From Octopus bimaculoides (Eukaryota): a DNA stretch of 64,000 nucleotides. Below are positions 12,688-25,305 of the stretch, piece after piece (position 1 is the stretch's first letter; each line of letters opens with the position of its first letter). The notes below the pieces were generated by a model. That model did not search any database and was not told the origin of the DNA. It worked only from the letters and a program-made list of their open reading frames with translations. The position numbers were made by a program, and so were the translations under genes. The stretch covers positions 45,679,516 to 45,743,515 of the forward strand of contig NC_068996.1 in assembly GCF_001194135.2 (NCBI RefSeq). Direction: 5' to 3'.

Positions 12688-13130
12688 ATGAGCTGGCAGT
12701 CGTTAGCGCGTCGGACGAAATGCTTAGCGGCATTTCGTCCGTCTTTACCTTCTGAGTTCAAATCCCGCATAAGTCGACTTTGCCTTTTATCCTTTCGGGG
12801 TCGATAAATTAAGTACCAGTTGAAAACTGGGGTCGATGTAATCGACAAATCTATCTCAAAAAATTTCAGGCCTTGTGCCTATAGTAGAAAAGATTATTAT
12901 TATTATTGGCAAGATGGCAGAATCTTTAGTATATCGTACAAATTGCTAAGAATCATTTCTTCCGGTTCATTGCATTCTGAATTCAAATACTGCTGAGGTG
13001 AAATTTGCCTTTTCATTCGTTCGGGGTCGATAAATTTCAATACCAGCCAAGCATTGGGTCGATAGTATCAACTTACACCCTCCCCTCAAAAAAAACCTAC
13101 CCCTGTGCCTAAATGAGAAGCCCTTATTAT
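12688..13130 (+). mobile_element. Two head-to-tail SINE family B copies (12688-12908 and a degraded 12909-13130)
   Basis: GAGCTGGCAG..GTTAG...GAGTTCAAAT...CCTTTCGGGGTCGATAAATTAAGTACCAG...CTGGGGTCGATGTAATCGAC...AAATTTCAGGCCTTGTGCCTATAGTAGAAAAGATTATTAT. The second copy starts directly after the (ATT)n. Confidence 0.85.
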
Positions 13131-13427
13131 TTTAGAGACATTTATCAACTTAGTTCCAACGACCCCGTAGAGGCTCTCTCGTCAGATAATTTGGCTGCCC
13201 TCACCCACTCACTGTTTTTTGTTTTTGTTTTTTTTACTTTTCCTAGAGATTAATTCAGCTGTTATAACTAATGGCCAACTCGTTTATTTTTTTAAGCTAG
13301 TATTTTCATTCGTGTGCCTGTTGAGTGATCCATTCACATCTTGTAAATAAATACACTTTATTATTTCACGCTCGACCTGCAAGAAATACCAGTCAAATCT
13401 CCCTCATTTTACAACTTAATTGTTTTC

Positions 13428-14016
13428 ATAATAATAATAATAATAATCCATATAATATTCTAATTTTGACACAAGACCAGCAATTCTGAGAGGAGAGAGC
13501 AGTCGATTACATTGGCCTCACTGCTTCATATCATCGACCCGAAATGCTGAAAGGCACCGCCGACCTCGGCGGAATTTGAACTCAGAACGTAATGAACCGG
13601 AAGAAAGGCTGGTAAGCATTTCGTCGACGTGCTAACGATTTTCCCAAGTTGGCCGCCTTATTTACGCTTATAATATTTAGGCGTGATAGGCATGACTGGA
13701 GTACGTTCGATTATAGAAAAAATGTTTTGTTTTTCTTGGACTTGTAAATGATAGCCAAACTCCTCTCTTCAAATCCTGTTGTCTCTGAAAATAATAATAA
13801 CCCTTTCTACTAAAAGCACAAGGCTTGAAATTTGGTGGGAGGGGGTAAGTCGATTGCATTCACCCCAGTGCGTGACTGGTACTTAATTTATCGACCCCGA
13901 AAAGATAAAAAGCAAAGTCGACCTCGGCGGAATTTGAACTCAGAACGTAAACACAGACGAAATACCGCTGAGCATTTCGCCCGGCGTGTTAACGATTCTG
14001 CCAGCTCGCCGCCTTA
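13428..14016 (-). mobile_element. Two SINE family B copies (about 13428-13660 and 13790-14016), inverted relative to 12688-13130
   Basis: CGACCTCGGCGGAATTTGAACTCAGAACGTAA...CTAACGATT...CGCCGCCTTA, both bounded by (ATA)n. Confidence 0.88.
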
Positions 14017-15741
14017 AATAATAATAACTAGTTTGGTCTAGGACTCGGTACGTTTTATCGTTAGATCTGCTTAGTAAAAATTAACGTTGAGTCAAACAAT
14101 TATAAAATAAAACAACCAGCTAAAGTGCCTCTATTATCACTTTACTTGCGAGAAATAACAGCCAAATATCCTTCGTACCACTTTCGCGTGCTTGGCAGGG
14201 ATAATACTCTTGAAAAAGTAATCCGAGATGGATTATCTAAAAGAAGATAGAACGGTCCCAACTGGAACGTCTTTGATTATACAAAGGTCTGCTCGATCAG
14301 GCTGGCTCAAGCATTTAGCATTTAGTAATAACGTTACTATCACCACCACCATTAGGTATCATATCCTACTCACTATTTCTAACAATACGCGCGCGCGCGC
14401 GTGTGAGAGATAGTATGTTTCTACATCCACCACTATCATAAATATTTTTGTAGGTTTGTTTGCTTTAAAGCAATGCGCGGCGTCGTTTCTTTCGAAATAA
14501 GTAAATGTGGGTACGAGGAAGAAAAGAAAGGACCCACTGGGAACATTGTAAGAAATAGCCGGAGGGGAAAAGAGTATGGCAGGGCCTTTTCTTTATCTGT
14601 AATGATTTTGATTTCTCATTGGTATGTATGTATGTATGTATTTGTGTATTTATGCTTGCATGTAGCTGATAGTAGAGCAATACCAGTTGTATATGCTTGT
14701 CAAGATCAGGGCTCATTAGCCACCAACGGAGCCGCAAATGCAAAATATTAGTCCTAGAGTGCACAATGTTCCTAAAGGTCAGCAATGGTCTTCTTCGGTC
14801 ACGAGTGGACGGCCATCATCATACTTGCATGTATATATGTATATATCTGTAGAGAAAACTGGGAAACCGATATTTCCCCACTTAGAATGATTAGAAATGA
14901 ACAATTTCTCCGTGCCGTACACATTACCTGATGATCTGTCCAAATCGTGGTCAATCTATTTTGTATTATGCAAGGATGCTGTTGTGTTTAACCTTATGTA
15001 GTGACCACATATGAAAGATATTGAATATCCAAATTTGCCTCGAATAAGATACTTGAGATTCTGCATCGTAACAACCAAAAATTGGTCTTCAATAATCATA
15101 ATGAAGCTGATGGAACTAGAACCGTGTAAGAATCAAACCGTCTAAGCATTACAGATCGCTGAGTTAATTAATGCCAATGGCCCCTATAGTTTCAGTTGAC
15201 AGCAAGCCACAACTTACATAGATCAGAATTTGCCGCTAGACTCATGAGGCAGCTTAAGATGTCACCCAGAAACATGGTTGTGCGTGCAATACTAGTGAAC
15301 ACAATAAACGGTCGAACACTTAGTTTTCTGTATTCTGATACTATTGTATTGGGCATCGAATATATCAAATGGTTTAAATGGCTTAATGAAAGTAAACATA
15401 AAACTTCTTGTCTTTATGTATGTGCAATGCATGTCTCACATTTGGGGCAGAACAATTGTCAACCTAACTAAACGTAACGTATTCTTGTATAACATGCACT
15501 CCTGCATAAGGTGCCTCACCAATTCTGGGCTCAGAAATCTAGGCAAAATACCGTGTATAACATGTACTACTGACTGGTACTAATATCATGCTTTCTGGTG
15601 TGCGTGTGTGTATCACAAAATATGTGTTTTTGCACCAAACCAGTTTTCGTATATTTATATTATGTTCATATCTAATTCGAAAGTATAAAAGTCTGCAACA
15701 AATGTTGATTATTCACAGATCCGTTAATACTCAAGTTTACT

Positions 15742-15958
15742 AAGGCGGCGTGTTGGCAGAATCGTTAGCATGCCGGGCGAAATGCTTAGCAGTATTTCGC
15801 TTGTCATTCCGTTCTGAGTTCAAATTCCGCCGAGGTAGACTTTGCCTTTCATCCTTTCGGAGTCGATAAATTAAGTACCAGTTTAGTACTGGGGTTGATC
15901 TAATCGACTTACCCCCACCCCAAAAATTTCTGGCCTTGTACCTAGAGTACAAAAGAAT
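15742..15958 (+). mobile_element. SINE family B copy
   Basis: AAGGCGGCGTGTTGGCAGAATCGTTAGCATGCCGGGCGAAATGC...GAGTTCAAATTCCGCCGAGG...AAATTTCTGGCCTTGTACC. Confidence 0.9.
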
Positions 15959-18520
15959 ACAATAAAAGTAGCTAAAAACTGTAAAACTCGTATTTTAAAA
16001 CTTATTGATAATTTTTCCCAGAATTTCTGCAAGGTTTTACATCTTCTTTTAAATTAGTTGATATTTATTGAGTGAAATGTGGTGACTGTCCGATGATGGG
16101 AAAGCATAGCAAAAGTCGTGCTAGTTTAGCTATCCTGGATCAGAATTCACCTGTTGCTTTAACTATTCATAACACTCACAAATGGCAAATCTGAGAATAT
16201 TTATATCTTTTAGAAAGGAAATGCCATAAAATGACTTTTTGCAAGAGTAAATTTCACAGAAACCTTCAGTTTCTAATTTCTATTTATTTAAGCTGAGCTT
16301 AAAAACTTCCTTAGAAAATGAATTTCCCTCAGCTGTTTTTGGTATTCTTGTTTGTTCTGTGTATGAAAGGCAGATTACATTTCAACTGGTTTGTTTTTAA
16401 AGTTTTACGGTGATTTTGAACGAATAAGTTCAAAGTTTGTTTTACAAGCCAGGTAGCTAAATAAACTACAAACTTAACTAAACACATGCTAAGCATGTGT
16501 TGAAAAGCAATTAAAAATTCTACACAAGCACGCGCGCGCGCGCGCACGAGTGATTGAAAGCATCAGTTTAATATTAGCTATGATCATCCGACTTGAGTCT
16601 TCCGCTGAACGCTTAAAAACGAACAGTTGCAAAATACAATGTCAATTAGAACATGAGCGCAACTCATTGGACATGAGCCAATTGCATTTCTCATGGATGC
16701 ATGCTAATTGCAAGCAGATCTAAACCTCAAAATAGTCTCAAGCTCTTCCTGAAAAAAAAAAAGCGTATAAAGAAAAATGAGTACAAAATTAGTAATAAAT
16801 CAATGATGAGATTATCGAGGGAAAATTAACATCAAAAATATACTAAAAATACTTGTTTTGAGATTCTCGAACTCAATGAAAATAATATATTCTTTAAGGT
16901 CACAATACCTCTACTTGTATACGTGTGTGATCGTGATCAATATAATTACAAGTATCAAGTTTTAAAGAGGAGGAAATGGGATAACATTCAAAAGATGACT
17001 TTTCGGATATGATTTTGGTCTTCCTTCCTATCCGTACTAGTCATTTCTTGGACAGAAAAGGTTATTAAAAAAAACACACTTTTGAGAAAATAAAGCAGCC
17101 ATTTTGACCAGGCTTAATCACATAATTAAAATGGCGTTATAAATAGTTATGTTTAAAGTTAATTAAAATAGCTTTATAAATAGTTGTTTAATTATTGTTT
17201 CATTGTTTTATTTTCCATATTGCTTACTTTGCGTTTATTTATAGGATGTTTAAGCTATTATTGCTCGACCACTAAATGTCTCTTGCTAAAATTGCAAATT
17301 GACCCACTTCAAGCTACTCAACTTATATATATAGATATAGTATGTGTGAGAGGGATTGATTGATTTGATTGATTCCGTTAAGACAGTAAAATTTACCATT
17401 GCATTCTTTCGTGTCAAGACTTGAAAGCAGACAGTAAAAGAAAACAATGTTCCGAGCGCAAAGGAGAAAAATCGCCATTTCTTTCTTTTTTCGAAGGGTA
17501 TAATTGTAGAAATAATCTTAGACGACAATCAAATACCGCTAAAAGGTTATTTATGGTATCTTCATTTTGTATTTAAATACAGTGTGCCATATGTATACTC
17601 GTGCACATACGTACGTACATATATACATGCATAAATATACAAACACAAAATGTGTGTGTATACATATGACACCTACATACATAAATATTTGATATATTCG
17701 TACTTACATTCACATACTTTTGCGTGCATAAATATGTAAAATAAAATTAAACAATGTATGAAATTTTTTTATGCAGTAAAGTTGACAATGTTCATCATTA
17801 CAAGTAGATAAATAGATAGATAGATAGATAGATTCACAAAAGATATGGCATGTAGGAAAGAAACTGTAACTATGAGGGATACATGGGTGAGGGGATGTGA
17901 TGTTAAGACCCGAAACTCCGTGACACCCCAGAAAAATCACTAGTGATGCATCCCAGAGTATCTGCATGATGTCTAAATAGGAAGACATTTCACCTTACTT
18001 TCATGCTGATGTGTTTAAAATGATTGCTTCACAACGCTGCTTGAATGTGTACGTAAGCATATTTACAACACATCGTAATTAGATTAATTAGATATGTCCA
18101 TTAATAATTTCTCACCCTGCTCTGTTTAATGCTAGAACAAAGTAAAAATGTTGGAACCGGTGACATTCATGCCTTTCCAGTGCGTAATAAAAGAAGGTAA
18201 GAAAGTAGATAATCTTAGCTCTAGTGGAAACGGATCATAGACTTTCATTATGTCGATGCTACATATTCTTAAATGCTTCATACACGCACCATCGTGGCAG
18301 TGGAGGAATCTGCTGTTCTTCAGCTATACCAGATCCCGGAGAACAAAAACGGACAGTATTCCATCTGTAACCATCCGGCCTTTTTTTTACAGGCACATTG
18401 TCTGTGTTCTCGGTGGAGCCTTAAAACAATATTTCAAGAGAAATAACTAAGTAAGGTAATAGTATTTAAAATCTATTCTTCGAATACGTTTCAGATGTGC
18501 TTCATTTGTTCATCCTTTTA

Positions 18521-18746
18521 ATCACTAATTGATTTCATTGGGTGGAAGATAGGATGACCAAAAACGGAGTTACATTCTTGGACTTAGTGATTTCACTAAG
18601 GCTCATACGTTTAAGAATATCACACAAAGACAGATGTATTATCTAAGTTTTAAAAGTCACTTGAGATGTGGGGGATTTCATGCTGGAAAAAGAGCGCGAT
18701 TGGCCAGCAAGTCAAAGCAAGTTGTTGTGTAATGTGTAGTGATGAT
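18521..18746 (+). repeat. 226-bp direct repeat of 19353-19578 (decayed LINE RT-like fragment)
   Basis: ATCACTAATTGATTTCATTGGGTGGAAGAT...GTAGTGATGAT occurs twice, 832 bp apart, about 90% identical by eye. It translates with frameshifts to GVTFLD / DFTKA. Confidence 0.85.
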
Positions 18747-19209
18747 TTCTTCACTTACAAAACCCAGTATTTCCCTCCTGCCCCATAATATTTCATCCAG
18801 CAAGAATCCCTAGTTGTTTTTCCTTAGCACATCTTTAAGTAATTATGTCGCTCGTTCATTTCTAAAAAGCAAAAAAAACAAAACAATCTTGTTATTGGTA
18901 GTCCTTGTGTTTACTACTGTAAGACATATTTCGTGGAAAAGGTCTGATAACAGGGAAATATATGCAGAGTCGTTTCTATTAAAGATCAGATTTTTTACTA
19001 ACTTCGACATTTAATGAACTTGTATGTTTTAGGGTTTCTGTTTCGCCAGGTCTTACAATTTAGATAATGAAGTTCCTTCACTAAGTGGTTGTAATTTTAT
19101 TTTTTAGTTTTCTACGCAAAGTATGCTAGCGTATGTTTTACTTTTAAGAAATCATATTTCCAGCCTTTTTGTTTTTTTGTCTCTTTTTTTTCTTGGGCCT
19201 GCTAGTATG

Positions 19210-19660
19210 TGATAAACTACAAAGAAGAAAACACATCACTACGAACATTCGAAAGAAAATCAAGAACGTGATATTCTTAAGAGTATTAAGTCTCATAGAT
19301 GGATGTTAAATACTTCAAATAAACAAACAAGCGACTTTTTTCTTTCAACGCCATCACTAATTGATTTCATTGGGTGGAAGATGGGATGACCAAAAACGGA
19401 GTTACATGTTTGGACTTAGTGATTTCACTAAGGCTCATACGTTTAAGAATATCATACAAAGACGAATGTATTTATATAAGTTTTAAAAGTCAGTTGAGAT
19501 GTGGGGGATTTCATGCTGGAAAAGAGCGCGATTGACTTGCAGGTCAGACCAAGTTGTAGTGTAATGGGTAGTGATGATCATGATTGCTACAGTTAACACT
19601 AGTAAAAGTTCAGCGTTGGACTTCAAGGAAACTGTTGTGTTTCAAGGAAACTCGTGGAGG
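19210..19660 (+). mobile_element. Highly decayed CR1/L2-clade LINE reverse transcriptase fragment
   Basis: Motifs occur in the right order with frameshifts. 19261-19326 reads QERDILKSIKSHRWMLNTSNKQ (cf. ERII...I..HL...L.NKQHGF), then LIDF, DFTKA (cf. DFSKAFD), DW*LAG..QVV.NG (cf. WL..R.QRVVVNG) and VGLQG (cf. GVPQG). Confidence 0.5.
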
Positions 19661-20060
19661 TGTTGAATATGTTCACTTCTCGTTAGAAGTGAAGAATCTA
19701 ACGGTTTAGAACGGTCGTTCCCTAAGTGGGTGATATTGCCCCCACCCACCCCGGGAGCGGTGGAAAGATCTAGGAGGAGAGGACAGTGAAAGCAAATGGA
19801 GCGATAACGGGGTGGCCAAAAGGGACGGGGGTGACGCGATTGGTGTAAAAGAAAAACCCAAAATAATGAGTTAATTAGGTTAAGTTTTATTTATGGAATA
19901 CAGTTGTTTTGAATTTGCTGCAGAAAGTAGTCTAAATTTGTGGTGGTGATTGGTGGGGGCACTAGGAATGTGGCCTGGAGAACCGCTGGTGTAGAACATT
20001 GCATTTCCTTTAGTCGAGAAAGAGACGGGTCGCGGACAAATATAGATTTATATATTGTGT

Positions 20061-20469
20061 AGGCGCAGGAATGGCTGTGCGGTAGGTAGCTTGTGTGGTA
20101 AGTTGCTTACCAGCCACATGGTTCCGGGTTCATTCCCACTGCGTGGTACCTTGGGTAAGTGTCTTCTACTATAGCCTCGGGCCAACCACAGCCTTGTAAG
20201 TGGATTTGGTAGGCAGAAAACTGAAAGAAGCCCGTCGTATATATGTATGTGTGTGTGTATATGTTTGTGTGTCTGTGTTTGTCCCACCAACATCGCTTGA
20301 CAACCGATGCTGGTGTGTTTACGTCCACGTAACTCAGCGGTTCGGCAAAAGACGCCGATAAAATAAGTACTAGGCTTACAAAGAATACGTCCTAGGGTCG
20401 ATTTGCTCGACTAAAAGCAGTGCTCCAGCATGGCCGCAGTCAAATGACTGAAACAAGTAAGAGTAAAAG
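20061..20469 (+). mobile_element. SINE family A, full length, with small head duplication
   Basis: AGGCGCAGGAATGGCTGTG...GGTTCCGGGTTCATTCCC...CCAGCATGGCCGCAGTCAAATGACTGAAACAAGTAAGAGTAAAAG. Confidence 0.92.
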
Positions 20470-21237
20470 TGATATGCATATACTCCGACGGTATTTAGGA
20501 TATTTCTCAAATAGTTTTCTTTACCCGCTGGAATGTGCTTAACGTGAAGCATCGAATGTGTATAACGTGAAGCACAGTAGAAACAAGCGCTATGCATTAA
20601 ATAATTATGTTCAATATGTGAAAGAATAATCATGCATATCTGTATTAGTTTCACAGCTAATACAGATATAAGCGAACCAAAGGAGTAGTTTCACAAATGC
20701 TTTTGCGACGAAACTCAAAGACCTTGAATCGTTTATTTAGCCTAACAGCTAATAAAATACTTACTCTGCTTCATGTACTAAATATTTTTTCACCTGTTCA
20801 TAAACCCAACCCTGTGTTTATGTGCGTGTGTATGTGAAGTTGGCATTTCGAAAATGCATATTGGATTTGTTGCAAGGTGAGCAATACGGGTAGTAAGGTA
20901 TATTTTCACAATAGGTTAGACAACAACAGGTGAAGATTATATAGCACATATATTTCAAAATATTCAGGTTAGTGCAGGACTGATAGGGAACAAGCGTAGT
21001 GTCATTTGAGTAGCAGTATGTTTTCGCCAAATATGAGAACTTGTTCGTTGGCGGGGATGTCATGCAGAGTAGAGGGTGGATACAACTGATAAATTTAAAT
21101 GGAGTGTGGCTGTTAACTTGTGTTATTTGGGAAACAATAATGCACAGACCTGGATGCGTGTTTAAGAAGTTTGCTTCGCAGCCACGAGATTTCAAGTTCA
21201 GTCCCACTTTGTGCAAGTTTGTAAGTATACGTAATGA

Positions 21238-21502
21238 AGGCATGTGACTCGGTGGTTAGCGGGTATTCAGCTCAAAATCATAAGGTCGAGAGTTCGATTC
21301 CCGGCGACGCGTTGTGTCGTTGAGCAAGACACTTTACTTCATGTTGTTCTAGTCTAACTAGCTGACAAAAATGGGTTGAACCTGTAATTGAAAATGGCCA
21401 GCTTTGTCACATTCTGCGTCACGCTGAATCCCGATGAGAACTACGTTAAGGGTACGCGCGTTTGTAAGGGTGATCAGCCACTTACAGGTTAATTTCGGGA
21501 GC
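21238..21502 (+). mobile_element. SINE family C head with a different 3' region, running into a gap
   Basis: TGACTCGGTGGTTAG...GAGTTCGATTCCCGG...TTGAGCAAGACACTTTACTTC. The downstream sequence differs from 8849-9152. Confidence 0.7.
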
Positions 21503-22699
21503 NNNNNNNNNNNNNNNNNNNNNNNNNNNNNNNNNNNNNNNNNNNNNNNNNNNNNNNNNNNNNNNNNNNNNNNNNNNNNNNNNNNNNNNNNNNNNNNNNN
21601 NNNNNNNNNNNNNNNNNNNNNNNNNNNNNNNNNNNNNNNNNNNNNNNNNNNNNNNNNNNNNNNNNNNNNNNNNNNNNNNNNNNNNNNNNNNNNNNNNNNN
21701 NNNNNNNNNNNNNNNNNNNNNNNNNNNNNNNNNNNNNNNNNNNNNNNNNNNNNNNNNNNNNNNNNNNNNNNNNNNNNNNNNNNNNNNNNNNNNNNNNNNN
21801 NNNNNNNNNNNNNNNNNNNNNNNNNNNNNNNNNNNNNNNNNNNNNNNNNNNNNNNNNNNNNNNNNNNNNNNNNNNNNNNNNNNNNNNNNNNNNNNCTAAC
21901 CTATAAGGCGTTGCTCCAGCATGGCAGCAGGCCAACGACTGAGACAAGTAAAAAGGGAGTAATGTATTACGAATGACTTTCGTTTTTGTTTTACTTGCAA
22001 ATGTTAGCTTATGTAGATCTCCGTTTCGCTGTACGTCTCATTGAGGAAAAAAGTATTTGTGTTAGAATGTGAAGGTGTTACAGGGGAAATGTTAACCGTT
22101 TGAACTAACCAAGCAAGTTCGAAACTGATTTTGTTGTGATAGCGATGAAATGCAAACATAGAAATGGACAAGCGATTCAGCTTGACAATGGGTCAACTAG
22201 CAAAGCTTTTTATTTAGGGAAAGATTATATTTAGGGTAAGATTATCGATTAGACTTTCTTTTGAATGCGTTCTAGGTTGTCGGTGTTTGAAGTACGTTTG
22301 GTATTGTACAAAACAGTAAGACGCGAGATACAGTGCAGAATTTGTTGCATGACTCACTACTTTTGAGATCAAATGTCTGGGCGGTTCATTGTCTGAATGA
22401 TACAGTAGACGTGGCCTTTCACTCGCTTAATATCGATAAAATATGCCTAAAATTCTCTCTCTAATCAGAGAATTGGGTTTCCTGGATGTAGCTAAATGTT
22501 ACTTAGTTCGAAACACAGCAAATTAGATGGCCAAAGAAATGAAAGTCAAAGAGAATTTTTGTTACTTTTGGATACAATGTTAGGGAAAACACTTATGATT
22601 TACTTGTGATTTACTAGTTTGGAAGAGTTAATTTCTGAATAATCGACGATAGCATGCTTGGTTGTGTGATTAAAAATGCTCCCTTTTAGAACCACGTGA

Positions 22700-23290
22700 T
22701 TAAAAGTGTTCCCTTTTAAAACCACGGGGTTTCTAGTTCAGCCTCATTGCACGGCACTTTTGGCAAGTGTCTTCTATCATGGCACCGGACCAATCAATGC
22801 CTGCGGAATGAATTTGGGAGCGGAAACTGAAGCTCGTTGTACATGAGCGCGTTTGAATTTGGCCCTACCACCACCACCACCACCACCGTTTGATACCTGA
22901 TGTCCCAGTAACTGAGCTGTTTGACAAAAGAGAACGATGGAATAAGTACCGGACTTCAAAAATATAGTACTATGGTCGATTCGTTCCACTAAAGCCCCTT
23001 CAAGACAGTACCCTAAAATAGTTACAGGTTCAATGACTAAAACATGTAAAACAAGAAGATAACTCAGAAGTTCGCTAGTAGAAAGAAACTGAGTCGATAC
23101 TTATTATATCGTTCTCTTACGGGGACGTAAGAAAACCAGCAGCGGTGATGGTGATGGTGGTAGTGGTGGGGAACAAATACAAACGCACTCATATGCTCAC
23201 ATATACGATGGGCTTCTTCAGTTTCCGTCTACCAAATTAATCCCCCTTGGCTTTGTTTGGTCCGGCGCTGTAATAGAAGACGCATTCCCA
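22700..23290. mobile_element. Degraded SINE family A (+, about 22700-23060) abutting a family A fragment (-, about 23095-23290)
   Basis: GGCACTTTTGGCAAGTGTCTTC...GATGGAATAAGTACC...CAATGACTAAAACATGTAAAA; then CTTACGGGGACGTAAG...GATGGGCTTCTTCAGTTTCCGTCTACCAAA. Confidence 0.65.
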
Positions 23291-23552
23291 AATATCTTAA
23301 ATTGTTTGGTCGGTTGTGGTGGTGGCAATCTCCTACGAAAGACAGAGCTACGATTTTGGAAAGGTGCTTATTTTACAGACCATGGAAGGCTAACGGGCAA
23401 AGTTGGCACCTTATTCGCCAACTCCATTATTGATATTATACTAGTATCAGATAATTTTCTTCGCTGGAGCAATTCCACAAACTGTAGCACTTGCTTGATG
23501 CACCAAGCGTATGTAACTGTGTGAGTAAGTAAATGCAAACATCACTCCAGAC

Positions 23553-23738
23553 CAGTGTTCAGCAACATTTTTTCACTTGAAGTACACTTATATTCTTTTT
23601 GAAGTTCGGCTGCACACCTGAGCATAAAATATAACTAAAAGTGTAGGGGAAAAAATTATATTCAGGTCATACTACCACACACCTAGCATCGTCTCGTGGC
23701 ACAACAGTGTGCCATGGAATACCGGTTGCGGAGCACTG
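23553..23738. mobile_element. hAT-type MITE, 186 bp, with a perfect 8-bp target-site duplication
   Basis: TIRs CAGTGTTCAGCAAC and GTTGCGGAGCACTG (12/14). TSD CTCCAGAC at 23545-23552 and 23739-23746. Confidence 0.92.
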
Positions 23739-24519
23739 CTCCAGACTGATGAGAAGGAAATATTTCTTAAAGACATTTATACTGTTTAGTCTCAAATCAA
23801 ACATGAACAAATGTTTGAAGAGCGGCCATCTTGTCTTTTTCTACAACAATACTTGCAAATGCCTTTCCAGTGCGATAGGGTATGATTTAAGGAAAAATTA
23901 GTTGTGATTTTTAGCAAATGAGGGCAACATTGTCAGGGTTGGTTCCCTTGTTGGTTAACGAGGGCATGTCTTAAAGGAGAGGGAAGAGTATAGTTTGTCT
24001 TCTGAGTAATCTCTCGGTTTTGTTTTTGTATAGTATTGAAGTTAACACCAACTGGCTTAAAGCCTGGATTATTAATGATCCACATTCTCATCATTGTCTA
24101 AATTGGAAGCGAAACTTTAAATTAGACACCTGTCTTAGCCCAAATCATGACTGGTCCAGTATACCTCCTAATTAAAGACAATCCAGTCGTGTCCATCTCA
24201 TCACTTTATCTGTATCTAAGACATTAGATGTAACCTTCCTTCTCACTTTCTAAAAATGTCAATTTGTAATTCGATGAGAATTTGACTGCTATTTCTAGAG
24301 GAACAACGAAGAGGCTCTAAACATGAACCTTTTGGATATCTCCGGTTGGTCATCTTCAATAAGGAAGCAATTAAATATTAAATAAATAGAAGGCACAGCG
24401 GGGAACATTAACGAGCAAGTGGGAGGAGAGAGGAAGAAAGTGCGGGTGGGGGAGGAAAGGAATTTGCTCTCGTTAAAATAGATTTTTATGAGGCTTTAAA
24501 AAACTTTGTCAACGATTCA

Positions 24520-24533
24520 GTTGCTATGGCAAC
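24520..24533. promoter_or_regulatory. RFX X-box motif
   Basis: GTTGCTATGGCAAC is a near-palindromic 14-bp match to GTTGCCATGGCAAC. It is preceded by a G-rich patch (GCGGGTGGGGGAGG, about 24443-24456). Confidence 0.5.
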
Positions 24534-24556
24534 GCCAGATTTCGCTGGTATAGAAG
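24526..24556 (+). CDS. Candidate first coding exon MATPDFAGIE(G), product unknown
   Basis: ATG in good context (GCTATGG), 31 nt open, ending at a strong donor AAG|GTAAGA (phase 1). No homology recognised. Confidence 0.25.
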
Positions 24557-25305
24557 GTAAGAGGAAGGAGATCAACGGCTTTGGTGTATCAACTTACACA
24601 CGTTACTTTGTCTCGAGTGCAAGTTAAGAAAACGACAGCAGGTAAAAAAGAAAAAAAATATCGGGCCTTATTGCATTTTTTTTTTTTTTTNNNNNNNNNN
24701 NNNNNNNNNNNNNNNNNNNNNNNNNNNNNNNNNNNNNNNNNNNNNNNNNNNNNNNNNNNNNNNNNNNNNNNNNNNNNNNNNNNNNNNNNNNNNNNNNNNN
24801 NNNNNNNNNNNNNNNNNNNNNNNNNNNNNNNNNNNNNNNNNNNNNNNNNNNNNNNNNNNNNNNNNNNNNNNNNNNNNNNNNNNNNNNNNNNNNNNNNNNN
24901 NNNNNNNNNNNNNNNNNNNNNNNNNNNNNNNNNNNNNNNNNNNNNNNNNNNNNNNNNNNNNNNNNNNNNNNNNNNNNNNNNNNNNNNNNNNNNNNNNNNN
25001 NNNNNNNNNNNNNNNNNNNNNNNNNNNNNNNNNNNNNNNNNNNNNNNNNNNNNNNNNNNNNNNNNNNNNNNNNNNNNNNNNNNNNNNNNNNNNNNNNNNN
25101 NNNNNNNNNNNNNNNNNNNNNNNNNNNNNNNNNNNNNNNNNNNNNNNNNNNNNTTACCGATAGCTACTATTTCTGGATCATTGTCACGACTGCAACAATT
25201 CATTTAGTTTTTTTTTGTTTGTTTTTTTTTTGTTTTTTGCCTTTCTTAATCGATCATGACTGGAGGCCATGCTAGAGAATCATCTTCGCAAATGCTCTTC
25301 AAATA

